This document shows positions 19,113 through 28,780 of a stretch of 53,279 nt of DNA, one piece after another. Each line of letters starts with the position of its first letter. Position 1 is the first letter of the stretch. Both the position numbers and the translations under genes were made by a program. The notes below the pieces were generated by a model, which saw nothing but the letters and a program-made list of their open reading frames with translations, was not told the DNA's origin and made no database searches. Source of the DNA: Candidatus Hodarchaeota archaeon (GTDB taxonomy: Archaea; Asgardarchaeota; Heimdallarchaeia; Hodarchaeales; Hodarchaeaceae); assembly GCA_016839785.1 (NCBI GenBank), contig JAEOTQ010000073.1, forward strand, positions 1 to 53,279, given 5' to 3'.

Positions 19113-20357
19113 TTACCCTAACGTATCCATGATCTCCTTAAGAGCATCAATAAAAGTTCTCACTTCCTCCTCAGTATTGTATAAATACCAAGAGGGACGT
19201 AAAGTTCCTTGATCCAACTCGTGTTGATGATGGAAAGCATGAGTGCAATGATATCCTGAACGAAGGAATATATTATACATATCATCAAGCAATATCGCAA
19301 CTTCATGAGGATTAATCTCTTTTAAATTGATAGCTGCCAATGCTGCTCGATCTTCTGCTTTAGCTGGGCCTAGATAGGAAAGATCATCTCCAAATTCTTT
19401 AAGTCCATCTAGCATAACTCGACTAAGACTTATTTCATGTTGATGTATATTGTCCATACCGATAGATTCAAGATAATCAATAGCCGCCCCAGCAGCAATA
19501 ACACCGCCGTAATTCTGAAGTCCTGCTTCAAATTTAGCAGGTGGAGGTAACATCTTAATAGTATTAGGAATTTTAACATCAGAGACGGTTTCCCCTCCCA
19601 AGATTAATGGATGTAGTTTTTCTAAAATGTGATACTTCCCATACAAGAATCCTATTCCAGTGGGTCCACATGCTTTGTGCATTGAAACTCCCATAAGGTC
19701 GATATCCAACTTTTGGACATCAATTGACAAATGGGGGAAGGATTGAGCTGCGTCCAATTGAAAAATTCCATCACGTTCATGAATAATTTTTGCAATGGTT
19801 TGAACATCGATAATCCCTGCAGTTACATTACTTACTTGCGCTAAACTAACCAGAAATTTGCCTGGGGAACATTCGTTCACTGCTTCGGTCAGACTCTCCA
19901 AAGAGCAAATTCCTGTTTCACCAGCCTCAAGTACTTTTAGCTTTATTTTCCCAGCATTTTCGAGAAACATCCATTTCACGATATTCGAATTATGTGATTC
20001 AGAGGTAGCAATAATGGTCTCAGATCCATCAAGTTTCAGAATCATACTACCTAGATTAAGTGCTTCTGTTGTATTTTTTGTCCAGACAACTTCTGAAGAA
20101 TTCTTTGCATTGATGAATTTCGCAGTTTTTTCTCGTGCTTCTTCATATCGTTTGGTCGTCTCACGGGAAAACATATGAGGTGAGCGACCCGCACATGCTG
20201 TGAATTTCGTGTAATAATCCATCAAAGCTTGGATAACTGGCTTCGGCTTCAATGACATACATGCAGAATCAGCATAAATTATTGGACTCCCATCCTTCAA
20301 TACAAATAGTGCAGGGAAATCTTCCCTGATATTCATTTTAGTTTTCATACGTATCAT
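19113..20357 (-). CDS. sufS: Cysteine desulfurase, SufS/CsdA group II
   Basis: NTTEALN, DAAQS, SMHK (PLP Lys), GPTGIG, RSGYHC (catalytic Cys), RPSWYLYN. Confidence 0.9.
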   Translation of the reverse strand: MIRMKTKMNIREDFPALFVLKDGSPIIYADSACMSLKPKPVIQALMDYYTKFTACAGRSPHMFSRETTKRYEEAREKTAKFINAKNSSEVVWTKNTTEALNLGSMILKLDGSETIIATSESHNSNIVKWMFLENAGKIKLKVLEAGETGICSLESLTEAVNECSPGKFLVSLAQVSNVTAGIIDVQTIAKIIHERDGIFQLDAAQSFPHLSIDVQKLDIDLMGVSMHKACGPTGIGFLYGKYHILEKLHPLILGGETVSDVKIPNTIKMLPPPAKFEAGLQNYGGVIAAGAAIDYLESIGMDNIHQHEISLSRVMLDGLKEFGDDLSYLGPAKAEDRAALAAINLKEINPHEVAILLDDMYNIFLRSGYHCTHAFHHQHELDQGTLRPSWYLYNTEEEVRTFIDALKEIMDTLG

Positions 20358-20538
20358 CGGCTTACATCGGATTTTACTTAACTACAGTGAGGAATCATGA
20401 TTCTCATCTTCATTTGAGGTTCAATATACTGTTAGTATCACTTATATCGCTGGGAATATTGATTTAGTAGAAGAGTTTCACAAGATATGACAATTAGGAT
20501 ATTTGTTTACCAATTGTTAAATTTTTTGTCTGGAACTA

Positions 20539-21729
20539 TTAAATCTCTCCACGCATCACAGCGTCAAGAAAACCATCTAATGCCTCAATATCTTCCTTAG
20601 ATTGAGTAGCACTATCAATTAACTCCGCTGTTTCGGTAGTCTTCTGGGATAAACTAGTTAACATATCACCGATAGCAATACTATGGATTGTTAGCTTCTT
20701 TTGTAGTTCTTGAGCGGTACTGATATGTTCTCCCAATTTTAAAGCTGAACTAAGGTCTTCAATAAATGCAGTCTGGACAGTTAAGAGACCAGACTCAATA
20801 CTTTGTTTGATTTTCAGTGGTAAATCTAGATCAGGGCCGTGACGTTCAATTTTTTCTATCAACCATTTATTAATTAGAAGTATTTCTGGAATTCCTGATA
20901 AATCAGGTAGCTGTCGGTCGTTGGGAAAACGCCATTCATGCTGTATCTGGGTAATAAGGTTTAACGTCTCTCGTCGGATCATTGTAGAAAGTTTATACTC
21001 AACGGTTGAAATTATAAGCCGATCCATCTTTTTTACAACTGCTTTGAAGACATCACGCAGTTGGCCCCATTTATTCTCTTCCTCAGGTAAAGTAAGCTCT
21101 AGTATCCTACTTGGCAAATATTCGGTAATTTTCTGAATTAACCTAAATTCAGAATCAATTCTGCTCAATTTTCCTGTTCTAAATACCTCGAGTTGCTTCC
21201 AATGGGCCGGTTGTTCTATCATATCGCGAATTAGTTCAAATAAATATTGATCAGGATTGTCAACGCGCAATAGATTTACTCCTGAACGAAAATTAAGCCG
21301 ATGACCACGTTCATGGACTAATTCCTTGTATTTTAATCGTGAATGGCTCTCTAACCCTAATGAACCCACGATCATTATCCCATATTTGAATTCGGAAAGT
21401 GAAGTTGTATAATCTTTATGAAAAATCGTTTCAACTGGAATCTTTCTGTCCCAATCGATATTATCCTTGCCCCGAATAGATATATGATGACCTTTGGTTT
21501 CGAATGCAAGTGTTTTTCCACGAAAATCTTGCTGAAAAATTATTCCATCAGAGGCAATAGGAATAAATTTAATGTAATTATCATTAAATTGTTCGATAAA
21601 TAGGGAGAAAAGTTCTGACTTACCAAATCCTCTTGGCCCTAGTATTAGGAGGGCTAGTTGCATCTGACCATCAAAGAGATCGAAATACCCGAGCTCCCCA
21701 TGTAGACTAAAGAGCTTCTGATAATTCAT
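20539..21729 (-). CDS. P-loop protein, possibly a highly divergent small-GTPase-like protein
   Basis: LLILGPRGFGKS Walker A; later PEILLINKW resembles a G4 strand. Confidence 0.7.
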   Translation of the reverse strand: MNYQKLFSLHGELGYFDLFDGQMQLALLILGPRGFGKSELFSLFIEQFNDNYIKFIPIASDGIIFQQDFRGKTLAFETKGHHISIRGKDNIDWDRKIPVETIFHKDYTTSLSEFKYGIMIVGSLGLESHSRLKYKELVHERGHRLNFRSGVNLLRVDNPDQYLFELIRDMIEQPAHWKQLEVFRTGKLSRIDSEFRLIQKITEYLPSRILELTLPEEENKWGQLRDVFKAVVKKMDRLIISTVEYKLSTMIRRETLNLITQIQHEWRFPNDRQLPDLSGIPEILLINKWLIEKIERHGPDLDLPLKIKQSIESGLLTVQTAFIEDLSSALKLGEHISTAQELQKKLTIHSIAIGDMLTSLSQKTTETAELIDSATQSKEDIEALDGFLDAVMRGEI

Positions 21730-21872
21730 CTAGTACTTCTTTCATATTCAAATATTTAATATTTTCCAGAACCTTTGAAAATTGTATTAGAATATGAAGA
21801 TAATCGCTCCTATATCCTTATCTTTCTTCTCGTAAGATTAAAGTGATAAGCACAAATATACTATGTGATTCG

Positions 21873-22772
21873 ATGGAACTCAAATTTCAAGCCTTTGCAT
21901 CTGGAAGTAACGGTAACAGTGGAATCTTATCCACTCCAGAAGGGGCTTTATTGGTTGAAGCAGGTATCTCACGGAAAAAATTATTTGATCTGATGGAAAA
22001 AGCAAAAATTTCCCAAGATGATTTACAAGGAATTTTGATAAGTCATTCGCATACAGATCATTGTCGGGGATTACCAATCATCAATGATACATTAAATTTA
22101 CCCATAATAAGTTCTAAAGGAACCAAGGAAGGGTTTCGACGATATGAATTCTATGATTTACGCTGGAAACAGGTTAGTGAGAAATCTCTCATTTTAAATC
22201 CAAATTCTCCATTGGAACTCGGAGGATTCCAAATACATTCAGTACCTACGGTACATGATGCATTAGGGGCAAACGCATTCTTTATTGAATATAACGACAT
22301 TGGAATTTCAGTAATTACGGATACTGGACGTATTCTACCTGAACATTTTGAAGCAATTAACAAGTCTAAAATCACTCTTCTAGAAATGAATCATGATATT
22401 CCTGCCTTATACCGTTCTAATAGGAGTAAATGGTTGAAAAATCGAATAAGATCTACTCATTTGGATAACAGCCAAACAGTTGACGTTTTAAATCAGATTA
22501 ACACAGAAAATCAGGCACTTCTATTTGGGCATCTTAGTGGGGAGTGTAATTCACCTATTCATGTACAAAGTGAATTATTGAAGTGGGGGGAAGAAATGGA
22601 GGAATTTCCTTGGAATTGTTTTATTTGTCCACGCCACTCCCCAGGCCCATTGCTTACTCTATCGGGGGGAGATAAGTTAAGTTCTTCAGAGGCCTCTCTC
22701 GATTTAAAAGCTATAAAAGAGTCAGAAGAGATAAATAAACCATCTGAGGATCTTTTATCATACTTTTCATGA
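21873..22772 (+). CDS. MBL-fold hydrolase, YycJ/WalJ/PhnP-like
   Basis: ASGSNGN, SHSHTDH, HDA, TDTG, LEMNHD, HLDN, HLS.E.N. Confidence 0.88.
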   Translation: MELKFQAFASGSNGNSGILSTPEGALLVEAGISRKKLFDLMEKAKISQDDLQGILISHSHTDHCRGLPIINDTLNLPIISSKGTKEGFRRYEFYDLRWKQVSEKSLILNPNSPLELGGFQIHSVPTVHDALGANAFFIEYNDIGISVITDTGRILPEHFEAINKSKITLLEMNHDIPALYRSNRSKWLKNRIRSTHLDNSQTVDVLNQINTENQALLFGHLSGECNSPIHVQSELLKWGEEMEEFPWNCFICPRHSPGPLLTLSGGDKLSSSEASLDLKAIKESEEINKPSEDLLSYFS

Positions 22773-22790
22773 TCATTTCGAGAACGATGA

Positions 22791-23222
22791 TCAGATTTTG
22801 AGTCCAGGTTCTAATGCAAGAATTTTTTCCTTCACATTTTCTGGGAGGGGAACTTTTGTTGAGGTTTGGTAGTCGAGAACAACAATCACACCCTCTCCGA
22901 CAGCTGCAGGCCCAACTTTCTCACTGTGTATTAAGTAATCCATTGTAAATTTAGTAGAGTTAATACTTGTTACACGTGTCCCAACTAACAACTTATCTGG
23001 ATAAAATAATGGTTTAATGAATTTGGCTGACGTGCTTGCTAAAATAGGCCCAATTTGTAAATCTTTCATTGAAGCAATAAAACCAATATTTTCAAAATAT
23101 TTAATACGTGCTGTCTCAAAGTAACGAAAGAATTTTGTATTGTTAATATGACCAAAACTGTCCATATCACCCCAGACTACTGGAATTTTTACAACTACAG
23201 GATAATCTTCTAATGTATTCAT
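22791..23222 (-). CDS. Acyl-CoA thioesterase (YbgC/FadM hot-dog fold)
   Basis: DMDSFGHINNTKFFRYFETAR, F.KPL.YPD; likely ATG 23222. Confidence 0.92.
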   Translation of the reverse strand: MNTLEDYPVVVKIPVVWGDMDSFGHINNTKFFRYFETARIKYFENIGFIASMKDLQIGPILASTSAKFIKPLFYPDKLLVGTRVTSINSTKFTMDYLIHSEKVGPAAVGEGVIVVLDYQTSTKVPLPENVKEKILALEPGLKI

Positions 23223-23626
23223 ATTTAACGTCCCTATTACGATAATTGCCTTGAAATTCAAGATGATTGCAAATTTATTTTACTATTACTTCTACTTCTA
23301 ATAGTCTTAAACAATCTCCAGTTGGATTCGTAATGTGGGGTGGAAAAAATTAAACGCTTTAGAATAACCGTTTTTCTTGTTTCAAGAATGAATTTAGTCG
23401 TTAAGCTTCCAAAAATTAGAAATTAAAGAATATTTCAAGTTTACAAGCTTCTAATTGCTGTATTCATGTTTTCAAGATAATTAATATCCAAATTTCGTCA
23501 TTTTTCACGTTATTTCATAAATATTCAAGAATTATATAAAGGGTTTATATATAGAAGAAAAGCATATAAACTACTACTTGGGAGATTATAACATGGACTA
23601 AAATTTGTACGTAATTTCTTGGAGAG

Positions 23627-24484
23627 TTGGTATTGGGGTATAAACACAATAATCAAGGCGATAACTCGCATTTTGAAATGTTTGACAAATCAAGAGAAGC
23701 AACTCAAGAAAGAGAGGCTAGTTGGTTTTTAGGTTCTTTAATTCAATTTAACAACAGGGTCCCATCGCATTTTTACCGAATGAGAAATATTCATAATTGT
23801 ATTACTCACGAGGAAACTGGTTGTGATAACCGATTTCATGCTAACGATAATATTGCATCACGGTTAGTGGAATTCTTTCCATTAAAATGGCTAGATAACA
23901 TAACGAATACGTTCAAAAATACAAAGGCTAACGAATTAGGAGTAAGACAAGATGAAGATCGATTATACGCCTATCTAGCTTATATAGATCTATTATTAAT
24001 GTTTCGTGGGCTTATATTACTTGATTCTACCCTAGAAGAGATAAATAATACATTAGATATGAAACTAACAAAGCATAAATTGAGAACATGGCGATTAAAC
24101 CTATTAAAAATTTATCCAGATTTAAGAAAGAAATGGAGAAGTGTACGCGCAAAATCTCCTTCTAGAGCTCTTCTATCTACCACAATCAGAGTTATGAATA
24201 CTGAAATGAATTTTGATAGTTATTCACAAAGAGAGATTTTTGACATCAAACACCAAACATTGCAGTATGCACAACAATTTGCAGTAATGGAAAGAGTAAC
24301 TCGAATAAAACGTATGGAAACATGGGTCAGAGCCTTATGTCTTAAAGCCATTCGCGATAGTGAAATTACTTATACAAACCAAATATTTCCTTCATTGAGC
24401 TTGAAAGAATTTGATGTGTTAGAAAACAAAAGATGGCAATTAGATAAAATATTGCAAAACCCGACCTTAATAATTTCAGTCTAA
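23627..24484 (+). CDS. Hypothetical protein, possibly divergent TFB/cyclin-fold
   Basis: 285-aa ORF with a TATA-rich upstream region; helical repeats loosely align to TFB core repeats. Confidence 0.65.
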   Translation: MVLGYKHNNQGDNSHFEMFDKSREATQEREASWFLGSLIQFNNRVPSHFYRMRNIHNCITHEETGCDNRFHANDNIASRLVEFFPLKWLDNITNTFKNTKANELGVRQDEDRLYAYLAYIDLLLMFRGLILLDSTLEEINNTLDMKLTKHKLRTWRLNLLKIYPDLRKKWRSVRAKSPSRALLSTTIRVMNTEMNFDSYSQREIFDIKHQTLQYAQQFAVMERVTRIKRMETWVRALCLKAIRDSEITYTNQIFPSLSLKEFDVLENKRWQLDKILQNPTLIISV

Positions 24485-24511
24485 TTCAAGCCTCCCAAAG
24501 CGGTTTTCCTA

Positions 24512-26518
24512 CTATATATCTTTGATAAGCAGTTTAAACCGATTTTTTAATTTCTGTTTCTGTTCAATAATGGTTCTAAATTCTGTAGAAATCTTCTTTC
24601 TTTCATTAGGATCTGAAGGTAAGACGAGAACTACTTCTTTCAATCGGTCCCCCAAAGTAGATATCGTTGCTTGGATGAAAGTTTTTGCTTTGATTTGTTC
24701 TTGCACAATATCTGTATTCAAACTCCAAAGTAATAGGTATTGATCTAGTAATGAATTTTCTGTGGTTATCCTGAGCTTATTTAAGTGACTTTGTATTATG
24801 ATTTGCTCATCAGTAATCATTGCTGTTCGACCAATAAGAAAAGTTCCATCGTTAACAATTAAAATATCTTCCACTCTGATATCTTGTTTCTCTTTATACT
24901 TATTATAGATGTCTGTGCTTACCTGTTTTAGAGGATCAACGTCAATCTCTAGATTTATTATGTCACTTGTTCTAACAAATGGTATCGTACCAGTTCCATA
25001 AGCCTTTGCTCCAATTTCGTGCCCCCTTGTGATAGAAAGAATATTGTTTTGAACCAACTCTCCTAAAGAGATTAATGTAAACCCTAATTTATTATTATAA
25101 GTTTGTAGTCGTTTATGCACACTAGGGTCGTAATATGCTGGAATGAGGATGTTGTTAACAAGGTCATCTCGATGAAGAATAAAACCTAATGATGAATAGT
25201 CAAGACCGTTCCCTTTTTTGAAGATTTGATAGTTTCTTACTATAATGGGTAAGTCATCAGCAATTATCTTTTCTCTGTTTTGATCTAAGATGTGATTCCC
25301 AAATTCGTCTGATCTGTAAATTTCCCTCCCGTTTTTATCATGTCCGACTTCCTTTGCAACAGCAAAAAAGATAGAGTAATTGTTGTACTGTTTAGTTTTT
25401 TCGATGAATAAAAGAGAAGTCTTTATGTGAGTGTGGGGTGCGAAAGCTACTGGACTACAACTAATGACTGCTAATATTGTATAATTCTCGAGTAAATAGC
25501 TGATAATATATCTATCACTAGTGTTGCCAAAAATTCCTTCTGGTAAGACTATAGCCATTCTTCCTCCAGGTTTTAACAGTTGTAAACTCCTTTCGATAAA
25601 CAAAATCTGTGGAGGTTGACGTTCTCGCAATTGAGAATTTTTAATCCAGAGATCATCAGTACTATTCCACTTATGGCCTAATTCATATTTATCTAGGATA
25701 GCTTGTTCCGTGATAGAAATTTTTGCACCGAAAGGAGGATTAGTTAATACAACATCAAACATTTTCAGCTTAATATGAGCTTGAGTCCTGTTAGACCAGT
25801 TTTCTGGTGTTTCTAATGAATTTTCACAAAAGATTTTTGCATTAGAGTAATTTAGGAGAGCGAGATGTAATTTTGATATTTTAACCAGAAACTCGTCTTT
25901 ATCAATTCCATATAGATTGTGGTTATTAATTTCCTTATTAAGAGACATGGTGCTTGTTAAGAACCCTCCTGCTCCGCAAGCAGGATCAATTACCAATTCA
26001 GACTCTAGAGGATTTAATATTTGCGCCATTGTTAATGAAATATTCTTTGGAGTAAAAAACTGTCCCTGTGATCCCCGCAATGACGGCAATAGTATTTGTT
26101 CAATAGCATCTCCAATAGCATCTCTCGGAGCCTCACTTATAGCGAAGGTTTGCAACTGCAACACAATCACCCGAAGATTGCGTTCATCAATAATTAACTG
26201 GTCGGTAGAGGCATCTAAGATAGTATTAAATTTGGCCTTAAGTTCAAGAAATATATCATTAATTCGTGTTACAAGAGCTTGATTATCAGGATGTTCGATT
26301 TGGAAACGAACTGGTTCATTAGGTGCTGTTTCTTGTTCATCCTGAATTTTACAAAATAATAAAAACAAAACTTGCTCTACTAATGTATTATCTTGTGTAA
26401 TTCCCTTAAAATTGCCTGCTAGATGATTACGAATATCAGCAAACACTTTTTTAAGATCTATTGGAATTTTTAGATCCCTTCGGGATATTACCATTGTTAA
26501 AATTGAGTTTGTTTTCAA
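24512..26518 (-). CDS. N6-adenine DNA methyltransferase (HsdM-like) fused to a C-terminal HsdS-like TRD
   Basis: GQFFTP, DPACGAGGFL, NPPFG, LKPGGRMAIVLPEG; C-terminal IPFVRTSDI and EDILIVNDG..IGR.A. Confidence 0.9.
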   Translation of the reverse strand: MKTNSILTMVISRRDLKIPIDLKKVFADIRNHLAGNFKGITQDNTLVEQVLFLLFCKIQDEQETAPNEPVRFQIEHPDNQALVTRINDIFLELKAKFNTILDASTDQLIIDERNLRVIVLQLQTFAISEAPRDAIGDAIEQILLPSLRGSQGQFFTPKNISLTMAQILNPLESELVIDPACGAGGFLTSTMSLNKEINNHNLYGIDKDEFLVKISKLHLALLNYSNAKIFCENSLETPENWSNRTQAHIKLKMFDVVLTNPPFGAKISITEQAILDKYELGHKWNSTDDLWIKNSQLRERQPPQILFIERSLQLLKPGGRMAIVLPEGIFGNTSDRYIISYLLENYTILAVISCSPVAFAPHTHIKTSLLFIEKTKQYNNYSIFFAVAKEVGHDKNGREIYRSDEFGNHILDQNREKIIADDLPIIVRNYQIFKKGNGLDYSSLGFILHRDDLVNNILIPAYYDPSVHKRLQTYNNKLGFTLISLGELVQNNILSITRGHEIGAKAYGTGTIPFVRTSDIINLEIDVDPLKQVSTDIYNKYKEKQDIRVEDILIVNDGTFLIGRTAMITDEQIIIQSHLNKLRITTENSLLDQYLLLWSLNTDIVQEQIKAKTFIQATISTLGDRLKEVVLVLPSDPNERKKISTEFRTIIEQKQKLKNRFKLLIKDI

Positions 26519-26615
26519 TTATGAATAGTTTTTCCTCTCTGAGCTGTGGAGATATTTTTCATAAATTATTTGAATAAAAAATCTTAAGATTTAGGAGATA
26601 AATAGTAACATAACG

Positions 26616-27470
26616 ATGAAGGACTCCTTATTTGATTTTCCAGTTAAAATAAGGAAAATTGAGTGGCCGTGGAATAATAAGGCCACTCCAGAAAAGGTTT
26701 TTTCCTTATTAGAGACATACTTTTCTCATTTGCAGGAAAAAAGAGTAAGAGAATTATCTCAATATAGTTTTCATGAAGTTACACGACCTTGTTTCGGCTT
26801 GGTCCACTCAGTGATAGCTGTGTCTCCCTTCTTCGTCGAAAATAATCACCAAAAATCTGATTATTTCACAATTCGGATTTATCAAAAACCTTTGTCTGAT
26901 CTTCATATGGCGTTTAATTTAGCAGAACATCATAAAACACGTATTGAACAATTAATTGAAGCTTTAGGATCCAAACACTACCCGGAAACATATTTTCTTG
27001 AATCATCTGAATATTTGATCGTCCTTCAACCATTTCTGTTCCATCCGATTTGTGATTTTTCAAAGGAGGTAGATATATACAATTTAATCGAATTGCTTTT
27101 TCTTGCCTCCAAAGCACGCATATTACTAGATTATAATCATAATCACTTTTTAAGATCTCAATCTGGTTCGTTGTACTATGTAGATACTGATTACATGGGT
27201 GTTCTTTGTTCTAGTGAATTTAATGCTTTACACTCTAATTTAAATCAATCAATGATATTCATCAGTGAAGAGAATGCGAAGTACATACCTAAAGGAGTAA
27301 TGAAGTTTTCTTCCCTTAATGATGAGACTTTAGCATTTTCTAAATTATTTCTTACGCTGCTAACAGAGTATGTGTCACTCTGCCATACAGATGAAGTTAA
27401 CGTTTCACCTAAATTGATGAAGAAAATTAACGTGATCTCAGAAATTATTTCTTTGATAAAATTGAGCTAG
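26616..27470 (+). CDS. Hypothetical protein with a probable atypical protein-kinase-like fold
   Basis: Ordered FTIRIY, YPETY, LIVLQPF, LLDYNHNHF, YYVDTD resemble PKL subdomains; SD AGGAG. Confidence 0.65.
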   Translation: MKDSLFDFPVKIRKIEWPWNNKATPEKVFSLLETYFSHLQEKRVRELSQYSFHEVTRPCFGLVHSVIAVSPFFVENNHQKSDYFTIRIYQKPLSDLHMAFNLAEHHKTRIEQLIEALGSKHYPETYFLESSEYLIVLQPFLFHPICDFSKEVDIYNLIELLFLASKARILLDYNHNHFLRSQSGSLYYVDTDYMGVLCSSEFNALHSNLNQSMIFISEENAKYIPKGVMKFSSLNDETLAFSKLFLTLLTEYVSLCHTDEVNVSPKLMKKINVISEIISLIKLS

Positions 27471-27907
27471 TGGGACGTGTTTAAAGAAACTTGGTTTCTT
27501 ATTCGTTCTACCAGATCTAAATTACTCCAAGGTTTTAAAATATAGTCTTTGGCGCCAGCTGCAAATCCGAGTTCGATATCGTTTTCAAAACACATAGCAG
27601 ACACCAAGATGACAGGAATGTTCTGATAACGGGGTTTCTTTTGAAGTTCTTTACAGAATTCAATTCCATCAGTCCCAGGTAACTTCACATCTAGAACGAT
27701 TAAGTCGGGTAATCGATCAGTTGTATCAAGAAGAATTCTGGCCTCATCTGCTTTATACATTTTTTCAGTTGTAAATCCATTTTTCGATAAAATGAGGGAT
27801 AATAATTCAACTGCATCCACCTCGTCATCAATTATAAGAATGTGAGGTTTTTGAGGAATTTTTTCATTACTGGTCTTTTTTGAATTCGGTCGAACCATTC
27901 TATTCAC
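27467..27907 (-). CDS. Single-domain response regulator receiver (CheY-like)
   Basis: IIDDE, PDLIVLDVKLP..DG (phospho-Asp), VSA, GAKDYILKP. Confidence 0.93.
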   Translation of the reverse strand: MNRMVRPNSKKTSNEKIPQKPHILIIDDEVDAVELLSLILSKNGFTTEKMYKADEARILLDTTDRLPDLIVLDVKLPGTDGIEFCKELQKKPRYQNIPVILVSAMCFENDIELGFAAGAKDYILKPWSNLDLVERIRNQVSLNTSH

Positions 27908-28054
27908 TTGAATGAGAAAAGATTTATTCTTCCCAAGAAATTGAGATCAAATTCAAATAGATATTACATTTACTATTTTTTATACCTTGGTGTATGAAAT
28001 CTCATTAGAAATATGGAAAAAAAGAATTTAGTGACTGATAACAGGAACATTACC

Positions 28055-28675
28055 CTAAAGAAAGATTGTACCAGTACGAGTCATTCCGAAGTTCTGGATA
28101 AACGAATACGACACAGAATTTTTATGATATACTTCACAAATGAGTTCATCAACTGAATGCTCTGAAAAAAATTCTGCTGCTCGTGCAGCGAGAAGAAAAG
28201 CTATCTTACGCCTGCGATAACGGGGTTCGACTCCGAGACCTGCTATCACTCCCTGTTTCCCTACTTCTAAAGAGTTTTTGACTAGAGGTTCTATTGTAAG
28301 GAAAATAAATCCCACTATTTGGCCATATAGAATGGCGACAAATGTCGATTCAGGATCAAAATGTTCGAAATCATCTATTGTCAGACTTCGATATGGGTCT
28401 GGCGCCGAGATAAAACTTCGATTGTAGACACGTAAGAATTTTTCTGCATCTTTTTTTGGATCCAAGTTTCTAATACTTACATTTTTAAGCTCTTCACTAT
28501 TTTCAATAATTTTTTGAATTTCATCGACTTTTGACCATGCTTGATCCCATGTCATCTTTAAAACGTAAAATTTGTGCTTTGTCTCCTCTGAGGACACTTT
28601 ATCTTCCCTAGAATCCTTACGAAAGAGAATTCGCCGCATTTTGACTGAAGGACGATCAGATAAAGAGGGCACCAT
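28055..28675 (-). CDS. GNAT N-acetyltransferase
   Basis: IAGLGVEPRYRRRKIA motif A; V...N..S..F...FG. Confidence 0.88.
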   Translation of the reverse strand: MVPSLSDRPSVKMRRILFRKDSREDKVSSEETKHKFYVLKMTWDQAWSKVDEIQKIIENSEELKNVSIRNLDPKKDAEKFLRVYNRSFISAPDPYRSLTIDDFEHFDPESTFVAILYGQIVGFIFLTIEPLVKNSLEVGKQGVIAGLGVEPRYRRRKIAFLLAARAAEFFSEHSVDELICEVYHKNSVSYSFIQNFGMTRTGTIFL

Positions 28676-28780
28676 AAAGAAACAGATCCAAAAATAGGTT
28701 CTAATAAAAAAATAAATTCTTTCCCATAGAATGAAAAGAACTAATAATGGAGGTTAAATTCCAAGCTATCTGAAACGTTT

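Noticed and set aside
28221-28240. tRNA T-loop-like GGTTCGACTCC
   Set aside because: It lies inside the GNAT CDS (antisense of GLGVEPRY); the T-stem pairs poorly and there is no cloverleaf.
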